A DNA stretch of 64,000 bases from Carcharhinus longimanus (lineage: Eukaryota): positions 82,750,173 through 82,814,172 of the forward strand of contig JASCQW010000027.1 in the NCBI GenBank assembly GCA_030264375.1. Reading direction: 5' to 3'. The position numbers and the translations under genes are program-made. Shown here one piece after another: positions 13,105 through 25,634 of the stretch. The notes beneath the pieces are model-generated. The model did not search any database and was not told the DNA's origin. It saw only the letters and a list, made by a program, of their open reading frames with translations. The first letter of the stretch is position 1. Every line of letters starts with the position of its first letter.

Positions 13105-13236
13105 ACAGCAAAATACTGTGGTTGTTTGAAGTCAGAAGTAAAAACAGAGACACTTGGAAAAAACTCAGCAGGTGTGGCACCATCTGTGGAGAGAAAAAGT
13201 GTTAACATTTTGAGTCCATATGACTCCTCAGAACAA
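13105..13236 (-). mobile_element. Penelope-related short repeat (family B) with degenerate hammerhead motif
   Basis: Minus strand reads gttCTGAggagtcatatggactcAAAAtgttaac followed by the family B tail. Confidence 0.6.
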
Positions 13237-14946
13237 ATCTAGATTGACTGCTTCATACAGCTCAATGGACGCTTACTTAACCCAAAACACGTCAGAGCAC
13301 TTGACACTCAAATGGAGGGTGATATCATATTTGTAATGAGGTCTAATTTCAGTGACCAACAAGGATTCCATTACCCATCGTAACCAGCCATTCTAAAGCA
13401 GCCTATTTTTCTGTCTTCCAATTTCTGGTTGGATATTCTTCAGACATATTTGCAAAGCAGGATGTTGGTCACACAAATTAGGCTTCCTTACAAAAACTAT
13501 CATGCTTGCAAATGAAGAATGCAATGCCGATTTAGGGCCTCGTTGGGAAACTCGACTGCAGAGACTTTAGGTCTGCTCACACCAATTGGAGTGTTTCTTG
13601 GAAGGCTTAATATCTTTCGTTTGTGGAAGTATTCCCCAATGAGGGTCTATGAGAACTCTCCTGAGAAAGAGTTGGCAATCTTCAACGCTTGTCTTTCCAT
13701 TTCCTAACCCAAATCTCTCTTTCTCCGTGGACTCTCCCACAACCAATCCTGGCCAAAAAAGAGCCACACCTGGCCGACCAGCACCACGTTTTCCCTAGGT
13801 GTATGAACAAGCCTGGTATTCCACATCCCCTCCCCCACCCCAGTTCTTAACTGCATTGTGCACCAGAGTTAAGTGTTCCAAATATACCGAAAGCTCTCAG
13901 AATCTTTGTCACCAACTGCAGTACAATCTTTGGCCCATGTGCTGTGCAGCTCCAGCAGAATGCCAGCACATGCAAAATATCTCATTGTTTTGTAGTGCTT
14001 AAAACGACAATGTTTTCACATACCCACTTTGAGTTTCACCTCTGGTCCACCCCATGTGTTGAAATGCGAGTTATCAGACGCACATAAGCAACCCTGTAAT
14101 AGATGTGCATGCAGGGAAGGAAGGGCAATATGAAAATCCTTGAGTTTTTAGAGCCTGAAAGGGAGGGAAGCTGAACTTAAATGAGTAATTGCATTACTTG
14201 TGATTAATTCATGAGTTAGCATGTTAGAAAAACAGAGGCTTGTGTTGATAATAGCTGAGAAAGGATATGGGAAGGCTCAAATGGAGGCTAAATGTCAGCA
14301 AGGATTGGTTGGGCTGAAAGCTTCTGCAACACAGTTCAATGTAAAAGCATTGTGATGCCAGTACAGGACTATGTCCAACCTTGGACGACTATGTAATATT
14401 TTGAGCAATTTAATTTAAAAATGTCAGTATGAAGGCAGCAGTGTTGGTGAGATATACTATTGATCTGAGGTGTTGCTGAAATGAGCATGGGAATCAAATA
14501 ATCCCCAATTGAGTATCAGGCAACACTGCAGCTTTTGTGGTTTAATTTCTGCGTTGGAGTTATTCTCAAGTTGTGGACTTTTCTTTTATGTTCTTTCTTT
14601 CATGCTTTATGGGTTTCTGAGCTGTGGTTGATTTGCTTGGCAATCAAAATAGCTTTGACTTGTACTCAACTCTGTGCCACCATATAAAACAGATCTTAAA
14701 AATATATTCTCTGTTGTCATGCTTGTAGCAAATGAGATGGTATCGTGATCTGAAAATCAGTGTTTCCAGATGTCAAATGCAGTATTTGTCTATGCGGTCT
14801 GTTTTCCTCATTGTATTTTATTTAATCAAAAATCAAACAGTTATTAATGGTTTGAGAAGTATAAAACTGAGCTTCAGTGGAGGTATTTGCTGATTGGGTG
14901 AGATTACCAAACTAGCGAGGCACAAATGTGGTGAGAAAACTCAGAT

Positions 14947-15021
14947 GAACAAAGAACAAAGAACAACCCAGCACGGGAAACAGGCCCTTCGGCCCAACAA
15001 GCCCGCGCCGCCACATCACCC
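14947..15021 (-). mobile_element. Young CR1-type LINE 3' tail, truncated by an N gap
   Basis: gaacaaagaacaaagaacaacccagcacgggaaacaggcccttcggccc retains CpGs. The same tail occurs in + orientation at 59040-59120. Confidence 0.6.
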
Positions 15022-15278
15022 NNNNNNNNNNNNNNNNNNNNNNNNNNNNNNNNNNNNNNNNNNNNNNNNNNNNNNNNNNNNNNNNNNNNNNNNNNNNNNN
15101 NNNNNNNNNNNNNNNNNNNNNGAGTGGCCCTCGGAACCTCCTTCTCCCTGATACTTTTCCTTTCACCCGCCTCTCTCCCAGCTACCTCCCCACCCCCCTT
15201 CCATATTAGTTTAAATGAGTTTGATATACTGTCCTGTTCATAAATGAAATGTGTTGAAAATAATGACCAGTAGGTTAT

Positions 15279-15402
15279 GAGCAGCACAGTGGTTAGTACT
15301 GCTGCCTCACAGTCACCGGGTTGACTGTACGTGTGGAGTTTGCACATTGTCAGTGCAGGCTCGATGGGCTGAATGGCCTCCTTCTGCACTGTAGGGATTC
15401 TA
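15279..15402 (+). mobile_element. Internally deleted HE1/V-SINE-like SINE
   Basis: tRNA-like head (cagtggttagtactgctgcctcacag), partial V domain (gtgtggagtttgcacatt) and tail (tggcctccttctgcactgtagggattct). Confidence 0.75.
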
Positions 15403-16232
15403 AATCAAATCAATGTAGTAGACCCCAGACACATTGAAAATGTATTACAGCATACAAATGACCTGTTGATCATTGTTGCTGTCTAAAATAGGAAGTTCAG
15501 GAGTCGTATTTGCTTATGAGTCCATTATTAATTTGAAACCATGTGAGCACAGAAATTCTCAAGTTACTCATGCAGGCACCTCCATGCACTGAAGATCATA
15601 TGTTGATGAATGCAAGTAGAAGTAATGAGAGTGGGTCAAGAAATGAGTATATGGAACATAAATTAATGATGCTGAGGTTACCGTAGCATTAGATCCTAGA
15701 CTTTTGGTAATAGATTGATTATAAACTATACTGACTGTTTTAACAATGCAGAAAGTAAATTTTAAAAGTTGTGTTGCATAGCTACGGGTAAATAACTGTC
15801 TCTTTGAAATCAAATGCTGAAGTTGCATCTGACCTTGATGAGACTGTATCTGAAAGACTTTGTTTATTTTGGTTTCTTTATTCCAGAGTTTATATAAAGC
15901 AGTTGATTAGAGTTCAAAAGGTGCCTGTGAGACTGTTCCATAAGTTATGAGGAAAGCTTGTTTCCTGGAGGATGGTGTTCCATGTCAAAGATGAAAATTG
16001 GCATTGACTTTATTCAGGTTTTTAAGAATTTTAAAGGAATTTAGGCTTTAGATCCAAAATTATTGTTCAGTCAGGGCCAGGATTCAAGGGCTAGGCAACA
16101 TTTCCTAAAGTTAAGACTAAAAGTAAAGTTGTTTTACTTTTAGTAAGAGGGTGATAAAATTGGGGAATAGAAACGGAAAATGCTGGAAAAACACAGATCT
16201 GGCAGCATCTGTGGAGTGAAAAACAGAGTTAA

Positions 16233-16790
16233 GGGGCTCAATGTTACCACCTTGCCATGTCCGCAAAACAATGTGGCGAGCTGGGAAACCAGCATCCAGT
16301 GCTAAAAATCTGATTGGCGCCTGGAGCCAAATGGTTTGCTTTGCTTCAGCTCCTCTCCAATGGTGGGCACAAAGGTGATTAAAATATTTAAAGTCGTATT
16401 TAAATATGCATAGCCCATCCAAAACACAGCGCACAGAATTTTTTGATCTTTGGGCATGGCACCCCAACGGCCAGAATCACTATAGGCATCCACTACCGCA
16501 GACCTGGTGTGATGATTATGCGGGGGAGAGGGGTGGGGCTTGGAAGTCATTGAAGTAACCCCCCCCCCAAGGTGGTTGGAGGCATGGCTGGACAATGCCC
16601 ATTGGGCAGGGGCCACTGGGTGCATTGGTGATGCCAGTTGGGCAGTACCAGTGTGTTGGGAGGGTGGGGTTGGGGATTGCTGTGCAAGCGGGGTCGTGCA
16701 GGGATGGATCGTGGAAGAGACCATGATAGGAGGCATGTTGCAGGTGCAGCAGGGGCATCCACCACTAGGACCCCGATGGCCCATTTCACC
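16233..16790. mobile_element. GC-rich non-autonomous Harbinger-like element inserted into a family B repeat
   Basis: The family B repeat (16170-16232) breaks off at gagtTAA and is followed by ggggctcaat and a GC-rich interior. TAA is the usual PIF/Harbinger target. Confidence 0.45.
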
Positions 16791-19208
16791 TCATTTTTCT
16801 CACTTATGATTCCGTCCAATGTCTCAAGTCTACGTGACTTCTTCAGAGTTGAAGACTGTAGAAATGTGATCGATTTTGTACTGTCCAAGAGAGAAGATGG
16901 AGCAAAATAAATGGTCTGGGATAATTAGGAACTTAGGAGAGATTTGAGAAAGGTGTCATGGACACAAGAAGTGTCTATGGTAGTGTTCAGACCAATGCTG
17001 AAAACCTCTGACATTGTGGCTGGGATTTCCCGGTGCTGCTGTAGTGAATGGAGTTTTGGCTAAATGCCAAATTCTCCATTCTTTTGGCAGTGGGTTGGAA
17101 ATGAATGCGATCAGAGAATCCTGTGCTAAAGGTACTAATCATTGGCATTAAGGTAAGATAGCAAAGTGTGTGAATAGCAGAAATGTGACAATTGTCTGGG
17201 TGATGGAACACTCCATCATAGGAAGTTTGGAAAAACTGATGGGTTGATTTCCTGCTAGAATTTGCAGGGTTATTATTTCCATAATTATGATAAGGAAACA
17301 AAGCTTGGAAGAAAAGATCAAGTGGACTTACCTGCTCAAAACATTAGTACTTTAACATATGCATATATACTTGATAGATCCATTGAATGATATAGCACAG
17401 TAGGTAATCTGTGCCTGCATCAGCTCTTTGAAAGAACTCCACTCCTCGTCTCTTTCCCCAAAGCTTTGAAAATGTATTCATCCAGTTCAATTTGGAAAAT
17501 TATTATTGAAACTCTTCCACCACTTTTTCAGGCTCATAACTAGCTGTAGAAAAATAAAATATTCCTATCTGCCCTGTGTTCTTTTGGATAATGGAGGGTT
17601 TTGCATTAGTATTTCTTACATGCTTAGAATATTGTTGGTTAACTGGATTAAGGTACAAAGACTATAAAGCAAAATAGCACTGTTTACAAGAGAGTTTATT
17701 GGATGTCCAATACAAGCATTCAATTTCTTGGCAGACAAAATATTCTGTCATTATGAAGATGTTGCATTCTAGTAACGTTTCCCACTTTGGTTCAATAAAA
17801 AAAATTAAAATCAACACGGGTAAAAGAGTGCAAAATTATAGTGTGTTCCAATTCGTAAGGTATCCTGCACGCACAAAGCAAAGCTAAAGCAGGAGAAAAT
17901 CATTGAGGACATTTCTGTTTTGTCATTTACATGGCTTGATGAATGACGCATGACCACCCCCTTCCAGGAATTGTGTATAATTCCTGCCTTTGAGCACTGA
18001 AAGTTGTTTGTCTGTTTCAGTTCAGAGAAATATTTTCGTAGAGACAGATGGAAAGTTTATTAAAAATAGGTTGTCACTTGAATCTGCGAGACCCAATTTA
18101 CCTTTCAAACTAAAAAAAAGTGCTCCGCAGCTGACTTAATGGCACCAATTAATTAGCACATTAACTGCTTTTTTGGCCCCAAGATAAGAATGTCAGGTGA
18201 CTTGTATCTGAATAAATACTTGATTTGGGAATTGGATTGTCGCCATTATCTTCCCTCTCCCCCAGTGTTAAGCATGTTGGATAATTGAGAACAAGTCATT
18301 AGTTGTTTTCTTTGCTTGCTTAGAATATGTTAAGATTTTCCATGTTGTTTTGGATGTAAATATTATCGGAGCATTACTTCATTACCACATTGTGGCACAA
18401 GTGTAATATTACAAATGAGTCTATGGACCATTAGGCACAAACATTTATTGTTTGGTAAACTAAATGTATTTATCAGGATAATAAGGATCGTTTGGAATCA
18501 GCCATTGCTCAGTCTCCTAAGCAACTTGCTGAGTGGTTGGACCAAAATAAACTGAGTTCTGGAGGATGGCATTCTTCTGTGATAGAATTAACACATTGAA
18601 TGTGAGTTAATGCAGCAATTTAACGAGCTAAGATTAATGAATTTTCAGCCCTGCTCCGTAAATTCCACCGGGGAGTAATTTGGTTTAATGCACCTTAACC
18701 CTGGGTCTACAGCTTGTGGAGCACCGATATAAAGTAAATGTGCAAACCTGCTCATGCCTGCTTTCCAACTCGTATCAATTTGAAACACCATCTGTAAATG
18801 TGATTATAATTAAGGTGGGGGAGCGAGCCAGTACAGGTAGAATATGGAGCAGTGCCTTTAACTATTGTGAGGAGACTGTTTCACTCCAAAGTAGTATAGT
18901 CCTTTAGGCAAGTCTTGCTACGTGCAAGACATGTTGAGCTAGGAAAGTAGAGGTGCAGCCTGAGAGGAGACTCAGAAAAGTACAAAGCTGTAGTTAGAGG
19001 ACAATAAGGATCTACTATTACTCACTACACTGCAACCAGCAGATTTACCCCCATCTTGTTGAGAAGGTTTACATTTCTCTGAGGCTGTTTATGATGATGC
19101 CATCTTCTGAAAACTGCAGCGATGGAGTTCATAATTGTAGTGGTCAAAATAAAGCACTCGACATTATTGCCAAGGCAACAACAGGCACAGTTAGTTTGTG
19201 GCAAATGC

Positions 19209-19531
19209 AAACACGGCAGATGCTGGGAATCTGAAATAAAAACAAAAATGCTGCAAATACTCATCAGAAATTGAGGTCAGACCTGAAAGGTCATGAAATG
19301 AAAGATTGGGATTTTCCAACTATTCCCACTGACCTGATCTTCCAGTCCCATCACAGGTTTCCCAGCAAACAACAGTAATTACCCCCCACCTCAGACCAGT
19401 GGTGGAACACTCCACCCCTGCAAAACATACTGTGGATTGGAACGGGGGTGGTCTCACCAGTTGAGTCTCTTTCTCTCCACAGATGTTGCCAGACCCGTTG
19501 AGTATTATCAGCATTTTCTGTCTTATCTCAG
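19209..19531. mobile_element. Inverted pair of family B Penelope-related repeats around a MITE-like interior
   Basis: ctgaaataaaaacaaaaatgctgcaaatactca (about 19231) pairs with tgagtattatcagcattttctgtcttatctcag (about 19499-19531). Confidence 0.55.
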
Positions 19532-20526
19532 TTAATGGCTTGTTGCTTAACTAGAACTAATGATACTCGCTTCCAAATCTTTATAAAGGAGATAATTGCA
19601 CTTATTTAATGCTTTTAATAACTTGTGAATGTCCTAAAATGCATAATAACTCTTGAGTAATCTTTGAAATGTAGTTAGCTATTGTAATGTAGGAGAAGTA
19701 CCGTTATAATAAAATGAATATGTGGATAAGGCAGAAAAAGGAGGGGCAAATATGTGTTTTCTTTTAAAATGTATGCAGCATTCCCAGAGTCCATGGCAAA
19801 AGCTACTCAACCTCCTGTATTTTCAAGAAAAGAAAGACACATTTTTCCAAATGCTCAAGTAATCTCCACACATTGTCAAATATTTCTGTGTGTCAATTCA
19901 TAATTTCCAGCGGATCCCCATAACATGTAAATCCCAAGCAAATCACGGACTTCCTACTTATGCCAAAGTGATGACATGTTGACAGCAGGAAATGTGGATT
20001 ACCTGCTCTAAGTGTGGTTCATTACGCTGAAAGATGAACAGAGGCAGAACTGTCAATTTTATAAAATGCAATGTTGATTTATTAAGTCATACCTGAAGGT
20101 TTTTTGTATTCTACAAGGTTCACCTTTGTTTCATTTGATGAAAAGTTAACCAAAGTATATGTATAACTGCTATTAGTGTAGAAGGGGGTTTAAGTTATGA
20201 GTAAGCTAAATCATTCATGCGTCACATCAGTGTGTGCTTGTAGGAACCATTTGAAGATGTTTGTCCTTATGGTTACTGCTTCTTAGCTAATTCTTTTTCT
20301 AATATGGTATAGAGTGTGTACATGAATTTCATTCTCCTGTCTTTGTGGTAGTTGTTTCCCTTTGTAATAACCAGTTAGGTCAATAACAACTGCAATGTTT
20401 ACCTATGTTTAACTATAATACAGACACTTGCAGCCTCATGGCTGCCAGTTAGTTTCCAGGAGTGAACTGTACAAAAGCCCACACTTGCTGGGGTGATCTG
20501 CCATTTTGGTCCCTGATGAATTACCT

Positions 20527-20849
20527 GGGCAGCATGGTAGCACAGTGGTTAGCACTGCTGCTGCACAGTGCCAGGGACCCGGGTTCAATTTCTGGCTTGA
20601 GTCAGTATCTGTGTGGAGTTTGCACATTCTCCCTGTGTCTGTGTGGGTTTCCTCCAAGTGTTCCGGTTTCCTCCCACAGTCCAAAGATGTGCAGGTTAGG
20701 TGGATTGGCCATGCTAAATTGTCCCCTCTTTCCTAAAATGTATAGATTAGGGGGATTAAAGACATAGGGTTATGTGGTAAACCTGGGTAAGAGTCAGTGC
20801 AGATTCAATGGGTCAAATGGTGGCCTCCTGCATTGTAGGGATTCTATGA
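20527..20849 (+). mobile_element. HE1/V-SINE-like SINE, near full length
   Basis: tRNA head with A/B boxes (tggtagcacagtggttagc, gggttcaatt), V domain gtgtggagtttgcacattctccc...ggtttcctcccacagtccaaaga and CR1-like tail gtagggattctatga. Confidence 0.85.
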
Positions 20850-22868
20850 AAGCACTGAAGAGTAGATTCTTGAGTTATATTGAAGGCAAGAATGTGGGTA
20901 GAGGAGTACTGGTGTATCCACTTTGGCTGCAGTTGGATAGAAAAGAGTAGAAATGAGCAAAAAGCAGTCCTATCACTTCTGTTACCTTCCTACCACTTCA
21001 CACAAGGGGATCTGAATCTATGGAGTTCTTTGTCCTAGGGGTTGTGGATGTTTCATATTTCAGTACGTTTCAGGCTGAGACAGGCAGATCTGTCTTCTCG
21101 CTGAGAATCGAGGGATATGGTGAGTGATGTGGATATGAGTCGGTTGGACTTAAACCTGGTGTTGTCAGACTTATTACTATGGGGAGTGAGCAGGGAAGTG
21201 TGATTGAAATGCATGCATGATCAGCCATGATTGTATTGAATGGCGGAGCAGACTTAACGAGCCATGTGGTCTACTTCTGTTCCTGTTTCTTGTCTTCTTG
21301 TACCTGGCTAAACAAGGAAGGATTAATGTTGGATGAGGATAGAATTCTTGCTGCGTCAAAGACCATAGATGGGTAAAGGACAATATGGAGGAATAATGCA
21401 TTGTAGTTACAGGCACCAGAAAATGATGTTCGTGACGATAGCTAGGGTAATTTTTTAATACCAGATTCAAACAGACAAGAGATGTGCACAAAACTGCAGC
21501 ACAGTGAGATCCAACTTCATGGTAGAAGAGAAAGAAAAATGATCGCAAGGAGGGTTGCATATCTAATGTTGATTTGTGATTTTTGCAAGAATAACCCTTG
21601 CCCTCATACCTCACATAATCAGTGTAAACCTAGACAAACAAGAAATGTGATCAGTATTTAGCAAGGTTAATGGAGATGGAAATCAAACCCAGCTATTTTT
21701 CTGTTAATCCCCAAAAACTCAAAACAGCATTTCAGTTTATATTGTTTTTGCAGTTTTTTTTCTCCACATTGAGTTGTGCAGAAATTCAAAAGTAAAGTTT
21801 CTCAAATTGCCTAATGGATATATCTGCACACAATTGGTTTGACCATTTCTTTAACTGCTACCTCAGTAAATAGACAGGGACTCTGTACAATTAATATAGC
21901 AGTTAGGACTACGTTAGCAACCACAACATTACTACAGAATGCACCCACTGTTCAATCAGGAGGGAAGGGCTGACCAAAGCAGGAGAGCTACGAAAGATAT
22001 CGAAACATTACCACTAATCGCTTGGTTTTAAAAATCTTCTATTAAGATAGCGCTTCATGTCCTCAGGATGTGAAAGGTACTTTACAATCACCTTTTTGAA
22101 TGAGCAAGTACTATCTGCTTCTACCATCTTTCTAGGTAGCCTGTAATGCTTATTGAGTACTTGCTCAATGAATTAATATTTTCACATATTTGTATTACAT
22201 TTACCCCATACAAGTGGAATGGTGTCCACTGGTTCTACAGTTCTGAACAAGGATTGCCATCTCTACATTAACTAGCCCTGTCAGAATGCTGAAAACACCA
22301 ATTGTATCACAATCTCAATGTTTTCCTTCCCAGTGAGAACATGCTGAATTTAGATCTCTGCTGCTGATAATCCAATACCTCCGTCCCTTATCATTATATT
22401 TGTTCTCTTCTCCATCCTCTCGAAAGCTGGAGCAGTTAAAGCTGTATCGAGAAATGAGTTTTTGAAAGAGATCTATTCTGTTAGGATTTAATGGACCCAT
22501 ACTGCCTACCATCTTCCACTGGGAACCTGCTCCATATTTGATAATGGACTCACTTAAATAATGTTGGTATTCCTTTCTGGCTCGGTCTCCAATGTAATCA
22601 TAAGATGAAATGGCTTTGGGCTTTGTAAATCTTCTGGGGGTCACCTTTGCGTATATATTTTTCCTCTGCAGTCTTGGTCATGAGTAGGTAGAGGGTGGGG
22701 ACACTGAAAAGAGGAAAATTCTCATTAACAAGTAGCATTCTGATTTGGATTGTAAATGTGGATTAATAAGGCACTGGCATGTCTGCAGTCCTTAATTTAT
22801 TTTTCTCCCTTCTTCAATCATTGAAATGTATGCAGTGACTATTGGAAAAAGAATAAGAAAATTTTGAA

Positions 22869-23110
22869 GGGATTTCACCTTGATGTGTCCTCAAACATCT
22901 CGCTTTCTGTGAGCCTGCACCGGGTCTTCCATGAGCCCATTCGCCTCCAGGTCCAGAAGTACATTGATGTCCTCCGAAAACTCAGCTGGGGATTGAAAAA
23001 GGTCTGTTGCGTTACAGTGTAACTTTGATAAATCAATGATATCAAAGCGAACGAAAAGTGTGTATGTATTATGTATAAGGAACTGCCACGAATAAACACA
23101 AGTTTTGAAA
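22869..23110 (+). mobile_element. Probable 5'-truncated L1/Tx1-like LINE 3' end
   Basis: CpG-retaining block encoding ...LHRVFHEPIRLQVQKYIDVLRKLSWGLKKVCCVTV*, then a short UTR with AATAAA at 23091. Flanked by ttttgaa on both sides. Confidence 0.35.
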
Positions 23111-23990
23111 TTCCACAGAGGGCCCTTGTGGCTATGGCTAGCCTGCAAAAATATTATGGAGAGGTGGTTTTTCTGGAGATTCCTCTGGATACTAAGAGAA
23201 TCCCTGGAACTCACAATGAATATGATTCTTGTTTCACTTAAATAATGGACCAACCTTGTCTCTTCACTACTATGGCACGCATTCCAATGGACCAAATAAA
23301 CTCAACTCCATCCTCACAATTCCAAGGGACTGGGCCTATCACTGTTCATTATTTTTTGAATAACTTTTAAATGGATAGAACTCTCCATTATTACAAGATA
23401 ATTCCAATTCCACCGAACTAAATCTTTTCCTTTATTATTCCTTGTACCAACTGACTAAATGACTTAATATTTTTGTAAGAGATGGGCTTTAAGTTCAACA
23501 AGCCCATCCCCAATTGACTGACTTTGGCTCCATCTGTACTTTTTAATCAAAGCTTCTTTTTGAAGATATTTTCCCTTCCAATAAATGGAATCTCAAGGGA
23601 CATGAGACACCCACAAAAGTTAGAACGAGTATGCCTTTGAAGCCAGTTGTATGCTCCCTTGGATAAGTATTTAGCTTGATATATAATTTAGCAGCATCTT
23701 CTAGATATTGAAACAAATTTCAGTAGAAAGTGAGTTTGAGGTTTGTTTCGGATTTTGTTGATGGACTGCAGTGGATGCATGGCATATTTATTTAACGCTA
23801 TCCTGGTCTAAGTCCCTTCACTTACAGAAGTTGCTAAAAGCAAATGGGAAAGGAAATAGCCTTACAGCAGAAGTTTGCATATCAATTACATAAATTTTAC
23901 TGTTACTTCTTTCCAAGGATCTTATCCCATTGCAATTTCTGAATGTATGAGGAGATGGAACTCGGCCCAATTAAATAATATGAACTTGAT

Positions 23991-24387
23991 TGCAAGTAAC
24001 ATGAGGCAAATGGGGCAATTCAGATGAAGATGGAAATTAACCAGTCTGGCAGACTTAAAGCCTTGGGAAGACCAGAAACTCATTTTTTTTCCATATTTTT
24101 GAGACAAAGAATTTGCCTATATGTACTTTGATATGAAAAACTTAGGCAGAAATTTGGAACCACCTCCAGCACTTCAATGTACAAGTTTGTTGGTAAATGA
24201 GGAGGATCGCACCTATTCAGAGTGTGACTTGGATAGGGATTTTCCAGCCCCATCTGGCGGCAGGATCTTATAATCCTCAAAAACATGGAAAAACTGAGTT
24301 CCTGGTATGCCCAAGAGCTTTAAGTCTGCCAGACTGATTAATTTCGATCTTCATCTGAACTGCATCATTTGCATCAAGTTACTTGCA
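23991..24387. repeat. About 113-bp inverted repeat (23991-24103 and 24276-24387)
   Basis: Manual alignment gives about 12 mismatches and 3 gap nucleotides over about 113 nt, with a 172-nt spacer. Confidence 0.9.
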
Positions 24388-24470
24388 TCTCGTAGTCCTG
24401 CTGAAGTTGGTGGATTTTCACCATATTTTCCAGTCCTGCTACACCACAGTAGGGCTGGAAGATTCTGCCC
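24231..24470. mobile_element. Harbinger-like MITE containing an inserted segment
   Basis: Termini ggatagggattttccagccc / gggctggaagattctgccc. Confidence 0.55.
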
Positions 24471-24977
24471 TTGGAGTTGGCAGTAGTTCTAGTCTCAAAT
24501 GTGTTATATAAATGAATTGTTAGCCGAGTGTAAATTACTGTTCTTCATAACCTCTATCGTTAAATGTTACAACAATAAAATGTATAAATCCAGAGGCCTA
24601 GACTGATGATCAACACGAGAGAAATAACCCATTTCAGTTGAATATTTTTGCACGATAGTTTATTAACAGATTCACCAATCCTTTGTACAAATCATTATTT
24701 GCCTTTGTTGTGAAGTTTAATTAAGGATTCGAGTCTATGACAGCATAATTGTACATCGAAAGTACTGTTGATGTTAGAGGATGAATACTTGTTATGCTCC
24801 TCTCTTCAATTTTGACCAAGATGAACCTGAGCATTTAAAATGAATTCATCCTTTAGTGAAAGTAAACAGATGACTATCAAATTCATACGTCAACTATTCG
24901 TACACAAATATTGTAGAGTAACTTCCACAATTCACCAAGTGCTCTTTTGAAAGGAACAGAGACCTTGGAAGTAATAT

Positions 24978-25075
24978 AAACAGAAAATGCTGGAAATATT
25001 GAGCAGTTCTGGCAGCATCTGTGGATAGAGAAACTGAGTTAATATTTTAGGTCAAGGTCAACATTTCTCCAGAAT
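24978..25075 (-). mobile_element. Penelope-related short repeat (family B), degenerate
   Basis: aaacagaaaatgctggaaatattgagcagttctggcagcatctgtggatagagaaactgagttaa. Confidence 0.6.
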
Positions 25076-25263
25076 GGTGATTGTAAAGGCTTTCTCAGTC
25101 TCTTTTTTGTATGCCTTGGATCCCTATTTTAAAGAACTCCTTACATCTCAGTCTCTGCTTCATNNNNNNNNNNNNNNNNNNNNNNNNNNNNNNNNNNNNN
25201 NNNNNNNNNNNNNNNNNNNNNNNNNNNNNNNNNNNNNNNNNNNNNNNNNNNNNNNNNNNNNNN

Positions 25264-25634
25264 CAAGCCTCCCATCTATCGACTCTGTCTACACTTCCCA
25301 CTGCCTCAGAAAAGCAGCCAACAAAATCAAGGACCCTACACACTCTGAACATATTCTCTTACACCTTCTTCCCGTGGGGAAAAAGTTGCAGAGGTTTGAG
25401 GATATGTATCAACTGACTCAAAAACAGCTTCTTCCCTGCTGTCATCAGACTTTTGAATGGACCTATCTTGTATTAAGTTGATCTTTTTCTACACCCTAGC
25501 TATGACTGTAACACTGCATTCTTCACTCTCTCCTTTCCTTCTCTAAGTACAGTATGCTTTGTCCGTACTATGCACTAAAACTGTACTTTTCACTGTAAGC
25601 TAATACATGTGACAATAATAAATTAAATTTAATC
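25264..25634 (+). mobile_element. Rex1/Babar LINE 3' end
   Basis: Encodes LPSIDSVYTSHCLRKAANKIKDPTH..H.L..LLP and NSFFPAVIRLLN, typical of the Rex1 C-terminus. Tail is catgtgacaataataaa. Confidence 0.8.

Noticed and set aside
20527-20600. tRNA gene
   Set aside because: The A/B boxes belong to SINE heads that continue into the V domain. No complete cloverleaf is present here or in the other copies.
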